Positions 1-8,366 of a stretch of DNA of 64,000 nt are shown here, one piece after another. A model generated the notes under the pieces. It did not search any database. It had not been told where the DNA came from and worked only from the letters and a program-made list of their open reading frames with translations. The DNA comes from an uncultured SAR86 cluster bacterium (GTDB lineage: Bacteria > Pseudomonadota > Gammaproteobacteria > Magnimaribacterales > AG-339-G14): positions 136,618-200,617 of the forward strand of contig CACEVU010000002.1 of the NCBI GenBank assembly GCA_902563105.1, read 5' to 3'. Each line of letters starts with the position of its first letter. Within the stretch, counting starts at the first letter, position 1. The translations under genes and the position numbers were made by a program.

Positions 1-2
1 CC

Positions 3-350
3 TTGCCCATTCAAAATGCGAGCACTTTGGCTTGGGCAGACGTCAAAACCGTTGAAGACAATCGAGCTGCCTATGCAGAAAAATTTAAATTGGCTGAAGA
101 AATTTTAGACAAAGATTCTTTAACCCCAGATGGAGCTTTCTATCTTTGGTTGAAAGTTAAAGATGCAGAAGCTTTTACCAAAAAACTTTACGATGAAGAA
201 CAAGTCATAGTATTACCAGGTAAATATTTAGGTGCTGAAGACAATGGGCAAAATCCTGCAGAGCAATATTTAAGAATTGCTTTGGTGCATGATATAAAAT
301 CAACAACAAAAGCATTAACAAGTATAAAAAAGGTTTTAGATAATGGGTAA
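3..350 (+). CDS. Class I PLP aminotransferase, C-terminal fragment (probable succinyldiaminopimelate aminotransferase, 5' end outside window)
   Basis: The open frame runs from the window edge. The C-terminal layout FYLWLKV...VIVLPGKYLG...YLRIALV is typical of aspartate-family aminotransferases. Its stop overlaps the dapD start (ATGGGTAA). Confidence 0.55.
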   Translation: MPIQNASTLAWADVKTVEDNRAAYAEKFKLAEEILDKDSLTPDGAFYLWLKVKDAEAFTKKLYDEEQVIVLPGKYLGAEDNGQNPAEQYLRIALVHDIKSTTKALTSIKKVLDNG

Positions 351-1230
351 TTGGATTGGCTTAGGCATTGGAACAAAAAACAGTGACGGTGACTGGATCG
401 AAATGTTTTTTGCCGAGGAAAATATTTCCGCTGAAGATCTTGATTCATCCGATGCTGCTTTTGAAAAAGTCTCTGTAAGTGATGACAAAGCGCCTACTTC
501 TTTACCAGAAGCTTATTTAAAACTGCATTTGCTTTCTTATCGCTTGGTTAAGCCTAACAAAACCAATTTGGACGGTATTTTTGGGATTTTACAAAATGTC
601 GTTTGGACTTCTGAAGGTCCTTTTTCGATTGCTGATTTTAAAAAAGCGCAACTTGAGGCAAGAAAAGAGAACCAACACATCTTGGTCCACAGCGTTGATA
701 AATTTCCGCGCATGACCGATTACGTAACTTTATCCGATGTTAGAATTGCCGATGCTAATCGCGTGAGATTAGGAGCTTATCTGGGTTCCGGAACAACGAT
801 CATGCACGAGGGCTTTGTGAACTTTAATGCCGGTTCTTTGGGTGAAGCAATGATTGAAGGCAGAATTTCTCAAGGCGTTGTCATTGGCGATAAAACCGAT
901 ATTGGCGGTGGCGCTTCCACCATGGGTACTTTATCCGGTGGTAACGATGTCAGAATTTCTCTTGGAAAAAATTGTCTGCTTGGCGCTAATTCCGGTTTAG
1001 GAATTCCACTAGGAGACAGATGCACAGTTGAGGCTGGACTTTATCTGACAGCTTCCTCCAAAGTTGAGGTTATCGATGATAAAGGTGAAATTTCTGAAAC
1101 GGTGAAAGCGTCTGAACTTGCTTCTAAATCTGATCTTTTGTTTATCAGAAATTCTTTAACGGGTTCCATTCAATGTCGCTCGAATAAAAAAGTCATAGAA
1201 CTCAACGAAGAATTACACTCCAACGATTAA
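343..1230 (+). CDS. dapD: 2,3,4,5-tetrahydropyridine-2,6-dicarboxylate N-succinyltransferase (Pseudomonas-type long DapD)
   Basis: Collinear with remembered P. aeruginosa DapD: PEAYLKLHLLSYRLVKP, VDKFPRMTDYV, RVRLGAYLGSGTTIMHEGFVNFNAG, GGGASTMGTLSGG, IELNEELH. Contains hexapeptide repeats. Confidence 0.9.
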   Translation: MGNWIGLGIGTKNSDGDWIEMFFAEENISAEDLDSSDAAFEKVSVSDDKAPTSLPEAYLKLHLLSYRLVKPNKTNLDGIFGILQNVVWTSEGPFSIADFKKAQLEARKENQHILVHSVDKFPRMTDYVTLSDVRIADANRVRLGAYLGSGTTIMHEGFVNFNAGSLGEAMIEGRISQGVVIGDKTDIGGGASTMGTLSGGNDVRISLGKNCLLGANSGLGIPLGDRCTVEAGLYLTASSKVEVIDDKGEISETVKASELASKSDLLFIRNSLTGSIQCRSNKKVIELNEELHSND

Positions 1231-1249
1231 GTTAATCGTATAGTCATCA

Positions 1250-1852
1250 ATGAAGGAGGCTTCTAATCCAATTCCTGCAGGTCGACTGCAAAGAGCGGCT
1301 TCAAGTCAAGAAACTTATATCTCTCGATTTCGCCAGGTACTAGCCAGACATGGTCTAACCATGGCATCGATAGCGATTATTTGTCTTTTGTTACCATCCA
1401 TTCAAACTGCCCTATTATCTTCACTGGATAATTTATTTAGAAATCCTTTGAAATATCTTCTATGGAGTTTAATAGTTACAACTTTTATCTTTGGGTTTCT
1501 TAAATATACAAAAAGAGAAATAAATCTTCGTCAATTAATCTGGGTTGGATATCTCTTCACGATTTCTGTGGTCGAAGAAATTGCATTCAGGCTTTCTCTA
1601 CCTTTGCTGATCACATCGGAGGTTACAGGTCTCAGTTTCTTTTGGATTGGAGCACTCATTAGCAACCTTCTTTTTGCAACCATTCACTATTTCACTTTAC
1701 GTTGGAAGCTCAATGCTTGTATCTTTACTTTTCTTGGCGGGATGGGCTTCAGCAGAATGTTAGATATAACTGGAGATCTAACTGCAGTTATACTTTTACA
1801 TTGGGCGGTAACTTTTTTAAATACCCCAACACCGCCAAGAAATAGCAAATAA
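1250..1852 (+). CDS. CPBP (CAAX/Abi) family intramembrane metalloprotease
   Basis: Multi-TM protein with an EExxxR motif (VVEEIAFRLSLP) and downstream His motifs (FATIHY, LLHWAV). The start is uncertain; an alternative Met lies at 1361. Confidence 0.7.
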   Translation: MKEASNPIPAGRLQRAASSQETYISRFRQVLARHGLTMASIAIICLLLPSIQTALLSSLDNLFRNPLKYLLWSLIVTTFIFGFLKYTKREINLRQLIWVGYLFTISVVEEIAFRLSLPLLITSEVTGLSFFWIGALISNLLFATIHYFTLRWKLNACIFTFLGGMGFSRMLDITGDLTAVILLHWAVTFLNTPTPPRNSK

Positions 1853-1861
1853 ATCTAAATT

Positions 1862-2221
1862 TTAATTTAATGCAAAGTGCTGAATCTTAATTTGATCTGT
1901 TGTGCTATCAAATTCGACCATATCAAGGTTTCTATCTCCATTGCTTACCTCAACAATGTAATTCATAAATGCTGTAGTGCCCTCTCGATGCCATCTTCCT
2001 GAAAAAATTCCTGCAAGGAAATTACCATCTGCTGTTGATCCTCTTCCTGAGCCAAAACATGCCCCGGAATTTCTTTCTCCGCTGGATTGAACATTTATTG
2101 AAAATCTTACTTTTCCATAGGACGGCATATCAGCCTTTGCGCTAATCACCATTCCATCTGCTTTTACTTCAATTGAAGTTACTTCAGCAAGGGTGTCATC
2201 TTGTCTTTTTTTAAGTTCCAT
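1862..2221 (-). CDS. Hypothetical 119-aa protein
   Basis: Intact ORF 63 nt downstream of the POT transporter on the same strand. No signal peptide or TM segment, and no motif I recognise. Confidence 0.4.
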   Translation of the reverse strand: MELKKRQDDTLAEVTSIEVKADGMVISAKADMPSYGKVRFSINVQSSGERNSGACFGSGRGSTADGNFLAGIFSGRWHREGTTAFMNYIVEVSNGDRNLDMVEFDSTTDQIKIQHFALN

Positions 2222-2284
2222 AATATCTCCTTATTTTTCAATTAATCTTAAAACTTAATATTTCTGTTTGCAATTTATAGGAAC

Positions 2285-3769
2285 TTACGAACTTACTTTT
2301 CCTTTTATAAAGAAAGAAAGAACTATTAAGACTACTGCTAGGATTAAATAGTAATAGATCAATTCAGAGAAGATCGGGGCCATGGTGCTTAAACCGGACT
2401 CGGTTGCTTCACCGCCGAATAATCCAGCAAGTACTCCCCCTAAAGATGAAGCTAAAAACCATAGGCCCATCATTTGGCCTAGATATTTTTTAGGCGAGTA
2501 CCTAGAAAAAGCAGATAAACCAACTGGCGATAAAGCGAGTTCGCCAAAAGTATGTAAGAGATAAGTTAGGAGTAACCATTGGACTCCGACAGGTGCCTCA
2601 ACCATGGCGTATTGAACAGCGTAAAGCATCACAATAAAACCTAGGCCCATAAAAATTAAACCAATAGCAAATTTAATAGGCGTATTAGGATTTAAATTTC
2701 TTTTGCCTAAAAAGACCCAAAAATAAGCAAAGAAAGGTGCAAACATCACCACAAAAAGTGGGTTTAAAAATTGCGTCCAACTGACAGGTGCTTGAAAAGA
2801 GCCAAAAGTAAGATTTACATAATCTCTGGTAAAGATTGATAACGAGCCTGCCGACTGATCAAAGCCTGACCAAAATGCTGCAGCTCCTACAAATAGCAGT
2901 AAAAGCATCAATACGTTTTTCTTTTCAAAGCTAGTAAGACCTGCAAAGAAAAACAAGTAACCAAAATAGATAAACGAGATGACAACTAGAAAGTCACGAA
3001 AACGCTCAGCAAAAAATACTGGATCAATACTCCAAAGCCCGAGAACACCTGAGATGACTACCGCTGCAAAAAATAAAACCGTAATGATGGTCCAAAGTCG
3101 CAAAGTGCTTCTGCGCCCTTCTGCCATCTCATTTGGATTTAAGCCAGCAGTTCCAAGCTGACTTCGAAAATAAACAAATTGAATGACGCCAAAAAGCATT
3201 CCAATGCCTGCTGCACCAAAACCCCAATGCCAACCGATACGCTCGCCCAGGTAACCACAGACAGCAAAGCCTAGCATGCTGCCGATATTAATCGACATGT
3301 AAAAAATGGTGAAACCGGAATCTCTGCGCTCGTCGTGATCTGTATAAAGCTGTCCTACTATTGAAGAGATGTTGGGTTTTAGAAGACCGGTGCCAATAGC
3401 AACAAAAGCCAGACCCAAGATAAAAGTCTCTTCCAAGGGAATGGCCAAGGTAAAGTGGCCCAGCATGATGATGAGCGCCCCATAAAGCACGGCCTTTTGA
3501 TAGCCTAATAAGTTATCTGCAAGCCAACCTCCTGGCAAAGCTAAGAAATAAACCATGCCAGCATAAATACCATAGATGGCATTGGCTTCAACGTTTGACC
3601 AACCCAGTCCTGGATTGCCAACGACACCAATGGTCATGTAAAGAACAAGCAAACCGCGCATGCCATAATAGGACATTCGCTCCCAGAGCTCGGTAAAGAA
3701 TAAGGTTCTTAAGCCAATGGGATGACCGAAGAAATTGCTTTGTGATAGATTAGCTTCTTGTTCAGACAT
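2285..3769 (-). CDS. Proton-dependent oligopeptide transporter (POT/PTR2 family di/tripeptide permease)
   Basis: PTR2 signature region FFTELWERMSYYGMRGLLVLYM. About 14 predicted TM segments, 494 aa. Confidence 0.9.
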   Translation of the reverse strand: MSEQEANLSQSNFFGHPIGLRTLFFTELWERMSYYGMRGLLVLYMTIGVVGNPGLGWSNVEANAIYGIYAGMVYFLALPGGWLADNLLGYQKAVLYGALIIMLGHFTLAIPLEETFILGLAFVAIGTGLLKPNISSIVGQLYTDHDERRDSGFTIFYMSINIGSMLGFAVCGYLGERIGWHWGFGAAGIGMLFGVIQFVYFRSQLGTAGLNPNEMAEGRRSTLRLWTIITVLFFAAVVISGVLGLWSIDPVFFAERFRDFLVVISFIYFGYLFFFAGLTSFEKKNVLMLLLLFVGAAAFWSGFDQSAGSLSIFTRDYVNLTFGSFQAPVSWTQFLNPLFVVMFAPFFAYFWVFLGKRNLNPNTPIKFAIGLIFMGLGFIVMLYAVQYAMVEAPVGVQWLLLTYLLHTFGELALSPVGLSAFSRYSPKKYLGQMMGLWFLASSLGGVLAGLFGGEATESGLSTMAPIFSELIYYYLILAVVLIVLSFFIKGKVSS

Positions 3770-3772
3770 AAT

Positions 3773-4189
3773 ATGAATTCTACTTTAGATTATAAACCAG
3801 CAGGCTTCTTCAGGAGAATGGTTGCCTTATTTTATGACTTGATTTTAATCATTGCCCTATGTGTGGGTCTCACCCTGCTCATTACCTACGCATTAAATAC
3901 TGAAGTGGAAAGCCCTCTGATGTATTTGGTATTTTTAGCCTTAGGTATTGGTTTTTACTGTTACTTTTGGAAAAAAAATAAAGGCCAAACCTTAGGGATG
4001 CAAGTTTGGAAAGTTCGCTTGGCTCAAGATGACTCTTCTGAAGTAAGTTTCGGAAGGATGGTTTATCGATGTCTATTGGGATTGATCTTCACTCTATTGC
4101 TTGGGTTGAATTATCTACCGATGCTTTTTCGTAAAGATAAGAAAACTTTAAACGATATTTTGTCAAAAACTTTTCTAATAAAAGTCTAA
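3773..4189 (+). CDS. RDD family membrane protein
   Basis: AGFFRRMVALFYDLILI N-terminal RDD-type motif and 3 hydrophobic segments. ATG 3773 is preferred over the TTG at 3758, which would overlap the divergent POT start. Confidence 0.6.
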   Translation: MNSTLDYKPAGFFRRMVALFYDLILIIALCVGLTLLITYALNTEVESPLMYLVFLALGIGFYCYFWKKNKGQTLGMQVWKVRLAQDDSSEVSFGRMVYRCLLGLIFTLLLGLNYLPMLFRKDKKTLNDILSKTFLIKV

Positions 4190-5226
4190 ACGCGTCGAAT
4201 GATTCTTATTCCAAAGTAAAGCAGAATCAAAGAAGACAACAGAATTCCCCAAAAAGCGCTCCAACCTAGAATCAAAGAAATATTGCCAAAGATTTTTATC
4301 ATAAGATTAAAGCCAAAGGCAATTAAAATACCCAAAACAAAACGATCTAGACTTTTGTTTCTGCCAATGGCTCTGAGCGAAATAGCTAAAGCAAAAATAA
4401 TAAGACAAATCAAAGAAATCGGTTCGAGCATTTTTTTCCAAAATTCGTAACCTACTTTATTTCGGTCGGCAACTTCATTAATGGATTGCCAGTAATAATA
4501 GTTATCCGTCAAGGACATGTGTTTCAAGCCTTTCATGGAATAATTCATTGCCAATTTTGGCGCATCCTCCCAGATAAAATCTGACTTACTGATATCTTCC
4601 TTATAGTCTCTTACCTCTTTGATAACCCATTCGTTTTCAGCAATTTCAATATCTTTGGAGACGACAATGCTATCGACATTTCCTTTTTCATCGAGATCGT
4701 AAATTTTTATTTCCTTGCTGGTGCCTTTATCAGTTACTTTGGAGAATCGGTCGTTTTTAAATACCCACTGCTCTTTTTCTTCGGAGACATTTGATGTGAG
4801 CTCGAATTTCAATTTATTGGCAGCCTCTTGAAGATTAGGGATAAAAAATTGCCATGAAAAAAGCATTATTATGATTCCAAAAATTACTGGCTTTAAAACT
4901 GCAAAGATAATTCTGGATAATTTTTTTCCAGACACTCTAGCTGCTATTAATTCTCCTGAATCTGAAATCGCGCCTATACAAAAGATTGTCGAAACAATTG
5001 CACTTAATGGAAAAATATCAAAAAGCGCATCAACTGACGTATAAAGCAAAAAGAGTAAAATGCTAGTTAATGAATAAAATTCATTTAAGTCTTCAAATTC
5101 ATTTAAAAACGAAAGAATTAGATCCAATAAAAAAAATATCCCAACTGTAAGAAAAAGAAAGCGCCAGGCATACCTCGTAAAAAGGTTGTCTAAAGTATCG
5201 CCAAAAATAAGACTATAAAAAGACAT
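4186..5226 (-). CDS. lptG: LPS export ABC transporter permease LptG
   Basis: YjgP/YjgQ architecture: 3 TM, a periplasmic domain, then 3 TM. It follows and overlaps lptF, and the pair is divergent from pepA as in E. coli and Pseudomonas. Confidence 0.8.
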   Translation of the reverse strand: MSFYSLIFGDTLDNLFTRYAWRFLFLTVGIFFLLDLILSFLNEFEDLNEFYSLTSILLFLLYTSVDALFDIFPLSAIVSTIFCIGAISDSGELIAARVSGKKLSRIIFAVLKPVIFGIIIMLFSWQFFIPNLQEAANKLKFELTSNVSEEKEQWVFKNDRFSKVTDKGTSKEIKIYDLDEKGNVDSIVVSKDIEIAENEWVIKEVRDYKEDISKSDFIWEDAPKLAMNYSMKGLKHMSLTDNYYYWQSINEVADRNKVGYEFWKKMLEPISLICLIIFALAISLRAIGRNKSLDRFVLGILIAFGFNLMIKIFGNISLILGWSAFWGILLSSLILLYFGIRIIRRV

Positions 5227-6364
5227 AAAAAACCAAATAGGAAAATACCGTTGCGATTAAAAACAACACAAAAAGATTCATCATAAAGTATCTTGAATAT
5301 TTTAAGCCGCCAAAATTAAAACTAAAATTTTGATAACTCTGATCCATTGTCAACATGATAGCTGCGATAAAATAAATGCCGTGAATGCTAAAAAAAACTA
5401 TCGTGGAGTTTAGAGAAAAATTACTAAAGACTTCTTGAGAAAGGGAAAGTCCATAGTAAGACATAAATATAATTAGGCCCGAAAGAAAAATGTAAAAACG
5501 TCCAGAGTCTTTCAATCTCATGGTTAACGATGCCGCTATCAAAGCCGAAATGATAATTATCAAGGGCATTGATGAGCGTTTTAATAATTCGATTCGCTCT
5601 GAATCCTTAGCAAATAATTCGTGAAAATATTTTCTCTTTAAGTCCTCAACATTCAAAATTGGTTTTTTTGGCAGAATTAAGAAGAATTCATCAAAACTAA
5701 AATCTAATGGCATAGCTTCAGATAAAATAGAAAACTTACCCGACTCAAAAGATATTCTATTTTCTCTTTCGTTAAGAGGTTTTGAGATTAATTCATCTGC
5801 AGTCAATACAAATTCCGATTCGTTGGTTTCGAAACTCGAGAAGACATCCTGGAAGCCCCTATCTGAAGCTTCCTTTGCATAAAAAATTGCATTGAGATCA
5901 TCAAGGACATTGATCTTTTCTGCTCCCATTAACTTAAATCTGTCTGAAAATCTTTCAACATCGTTTAAAAATGCAAGTTTGTTGTTTGAAAGTGGTGTGA
6001 GATAAAAAGACACCAAAGCAACAAAAAGAGCAAAAAATATAGCTGGAATACAAGAGATTAAGACAACCTTTCGTTTTCCGAAACCCATTTTAGAAAAAGC
6101 CAATAATTCATTATTTTGATCAAGGCGATAGATGGCAATGATAGTGCCGATGAAAACACTCAATGGCATCACAACTTCTACAATCTCAGACATGCTGTAA
6201 ATGCTAACTAAAATTAGAAGCTCAGGATAAAGCTCGCCACTTGAAACTTTTTCTAAGTAGACAGTAAATTCATTAAGAAAAAAAACACTGAATAAAACTA
6301 TTAAGGTTAAAAAGCTAATCTTTGTTATTTGTCTTATTAAATATAATGTAATAATTCTTGGCAT
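5213..6364 (-). CDS. lptF: LPS export ABC transporter permease LptF
   Basis: YjgP/YjgQ architecture. N-terminus MPRIITLYLIRQI resembles LptF (ILxRYLxRE). Divergent from pepA. Confidence 0.8.
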   Translation of the reverse strand: MPRIITLYLIRQITKISFLTLIVLFSVFFLNEFTVYLEKVSSGELYPELLILVSIYSMSEIVEVVMPLSVFIGTIIAIYRLDQNNELLAFSKMGFGKRKVVLISCIPAIFFALFVALVSFYLTPLSNNKLAFLNDVERFSDRFKLMGAEKINVLDDLNAIFYAKEASDRGFQDVFSSFETNESEFVLTADELISKPLNERENRISFESGKFSILSEAMPLDFSFDEFFLILPKKPILNVEDLKRKYFHELFAKDSERIELLKRSSMPLIIIISALIAASLTMRLKDSGRFYIFLSGLIIFMSYYGLSLSQEVFSNFSLNSTIVFFSIHGIYFIAAIMLTMDQSYQNFSFNFGGLKYSRYFMMNLFVLFLIATVFSYLVFYVFL

Positions 6365-6426
6365 TGATATTATATTTTTGGGGTATTATCCCACATGTTT
6401 AACACTAAATTTTGTATGGAGAAAAA

Positions 6427-7923
6427 ATGAAAAAATTATTGAATTTATCGATATCGTCGAATAAAAAGTTAAATTTTAAAAAAGAAAAATTTCAGACTTT
6501 AATCATTGGTGTAAGAGAAGCAAAAGCTCTCGATGGTGACTTGAAAAGTATAAATGAAGTTACTAATGGCACAATAAAAAAACTTATCACTAGAGAAGAA
6601 ATTACAGGAAAAATTGGAAATAGTGTTTACCTTCCAGCAATAAATGGAGTAAATGCAGAAAAATCATATTTCATAGGAACTGGCAAAAAAAGTAAAAAAA
6701 TTTCCGAAATGGAATATTTTAAAATTTGTCAATCAATTTCAAGTGCAGCATTGGCTTCAAAATCCTCATCAGTAAAAATTATCATTCCAGAGATAGAAGT
6801 TGAAAATAGAGATGCCAGCTGGACGATTGAGATTTTAGGCCGTCATTTAGAAGCCTCATGCTATCAATACTTTTTTAAAGGTAAAAAAAATCAACCAAAA
6901 AATATGCTCAAAAAGGTTGAAATATTTATTGACTCAAAAAAAGCAAATCTTTCTTCCGCTCTAAAGAAAGGTCAAATTATTGGTGCTGGAAGCAACTTCA
7001 GTAAAGAGTTGGCAAATACTCCTGCAAATATTTGTACGCCAACACATCTTGCCAACCAAGCTCGTGCGCTCTCCAGAAAATTTTCAACAATCAAGACTAA
7101 GGTTCTTGGTGAAAAAGAAATGAAAAAGTTAGGTATGGATTGTTTACTGTCTGTTGGAAACGGAAGTGTTCAAGAATCAAAACTCATTATTATGAATTAC
7201 TCTGGCGGTAAAAAAGACGAACAACCTCACATCATTGTTGGAAAAGGAATTACTTTTGATACTGGTGGAATTAGCATAAAGCCCTCTCGCGCCATGGATG
7301 AAATGAAATATGATATGACTGGAGCAGCTAGTGTTCTTGGAACAATGAGAGCAATTGCTGAATTAAAGCCTAAAAAAAATATCATTGGAGTCGTCGCTTC
7401 GGCAGAGAACATGCCTAGTGGAACTGCGACTAAGCCTGGAGATGTTGTCAGCACGATGTCAGGTCAGACAGTTGAAATTTTAAATACGGATGCAGAAGGT
7501 AGGTTAGTATTATGTGATGCTCTTACTTATGTAGAAAGGTTTAAGCCCGCGAGTGTTTTAGACATTGCAACCTTGACTGGTGCGGTGATAGTTGCTTTAG
7601 GTCACGAAGCTACAGGAATAATGGCAAACGATCAAAAATTAGCTGATAAAATTCTTGCTTCAGGAATTACCAGTGGCGATAAAGCTTGGCAACTTCCTTT
7701 GTGGGATGAGTATCAAAGTGGGTTGAAGAGCAGATATGCGGATATTGCAAATATTGGTGGTCAGGCAGGCACCATAACTGCTGCATGTTTTCTCTCTAGA
7801 TTCACAGAAAAATACAAGTGGGCTCATTTAGATATTGCGGGAACGGCTTATGGGATAGGAGGACAGAAAGTATCATCTGGAAGACCAGTGCCTCTTTTGT
7901 CAGAATATCTGCTTACTGCATGA
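6427..7923 (+). CDS. pepA: Leucyl aminopeptidase (M17)
   Basis: VGKGITFDTGGISIKP, MDEMKYDMTGAA, NTDAEGRLVLCDALTYVERF, and collinear with E. coli PepA. ATG 6427 follows GGAG; the ORF-track TTG at 6412 is less likely. Confidence 0.95.
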   Translation: MKKLLNLSISSNKKLNFKKEKFQTLIIGVREAKALDGDLKSINEVTNGTIKKLITREEITGKIGNSVYLPAINGVNAEKSYFIGTGKKSKKISEMEYFKICQSISSAALASKSSSVKIIIPEIEVENRDASWTIEILGRHLEASCYQYFFKGKKNQPKNMLKKVEIFIDSKKANLSSALKKGQIIGAGSNFSKELANTPANICTPTHLANQARALSRKFSTIKTKVLGEKEMKKLGMDCLLSVGNGSVQESKLIIMNYSGGKKDEQPHIIVGKGITFDTGGISIKPSRAMDEMKYDMTGAASVLGTMRAIAELKPKKNIIGVVASAENMPSGTATKPGDVVSTMSGQTVEILNTDAEGRLVLCDALTYVERFKPASVLDIATLTGAVIVALGHEATGIMANDQKLADKILASGITSGDKAWQLPLWDEYQSGLKSRYADIANIGGQAGTITAACFLSRFTEKYKWAHLDIAGTAYGIGGQKVSSGRPVPLLSEYLLTA

Positions 7924-8363
7924 CCAAAGAAATAAGTTTTATTTCAGCAGGAGAAGATGAAATAGGCGCTTTGGGCTTCTTGCTTAAATTTGTTGAAGAA
8001 AAATTCTTAGAGCTTGAATCTTCTCCTGAAAAAAAAATAAACCTTAGATGTAATGATGCTTCTCAAGCAAAAGAGATTAATCAAAAGCTCTGGGAAGATT
8101 TAGATGATCTATTTTTAGCCCACAAAATTTCCAATGATTCAAATCTACCCTCTTGTCCCTTAGAAATATCTTATCCAGGTATTAAGATTTCTAATGATTT
8201 TTCTATCTTAATCAATCTTAATCCAAAACTGCCTCCAGACTATCAAGACTACGAAACAGTTTTTCAAATAGTCATAAAAGATGACTCAACTTTACAAAAT
8301 CAAGCAAGAGAAAGCTTTAAACAATGTAAAATTGATGGATTGGATCCTAGTTACGTCAATTGA
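7920..8363 (+). CDS. holC: DNA polymerase III chi subunit
   Basis: About 147 aa between pepA and valS, the conserved position. The pattern RCNDASQAKEINQKLWE...FLAH...PLEISYP parallels E. coli HolC (CEDEKQAYRLDEALW...FVPH...PVEIAWP). ATGA overlap with the pepA stop. Confidence 0.7.
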   Translation: MTKEISFISAGEDEIGALGFLLKFVEEKFLELESSPEKKINLRCNDASQAKEINQKLWEDLDDLFLAHKISNDSNLPSCPLEISYPGIKISNDFSILINLNPKLPPDYQDYETVFQIVIKDDSTLQNQARESFKQCKIDGLDPSYVN

Positions 8364-8366
8364 GAA

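Noticed and set aside
7818-7919. N-terminal extension of the holC ORF (ORF-track start at 7818), overlapping about 100 nt of pepA.
   Set aside because: The extension is the pepA C-terminus read out of frame. The ATG at 7920 forms an ATGA overlap with the pepA stop and gives a chi subunit of normal length (about 147 aa).
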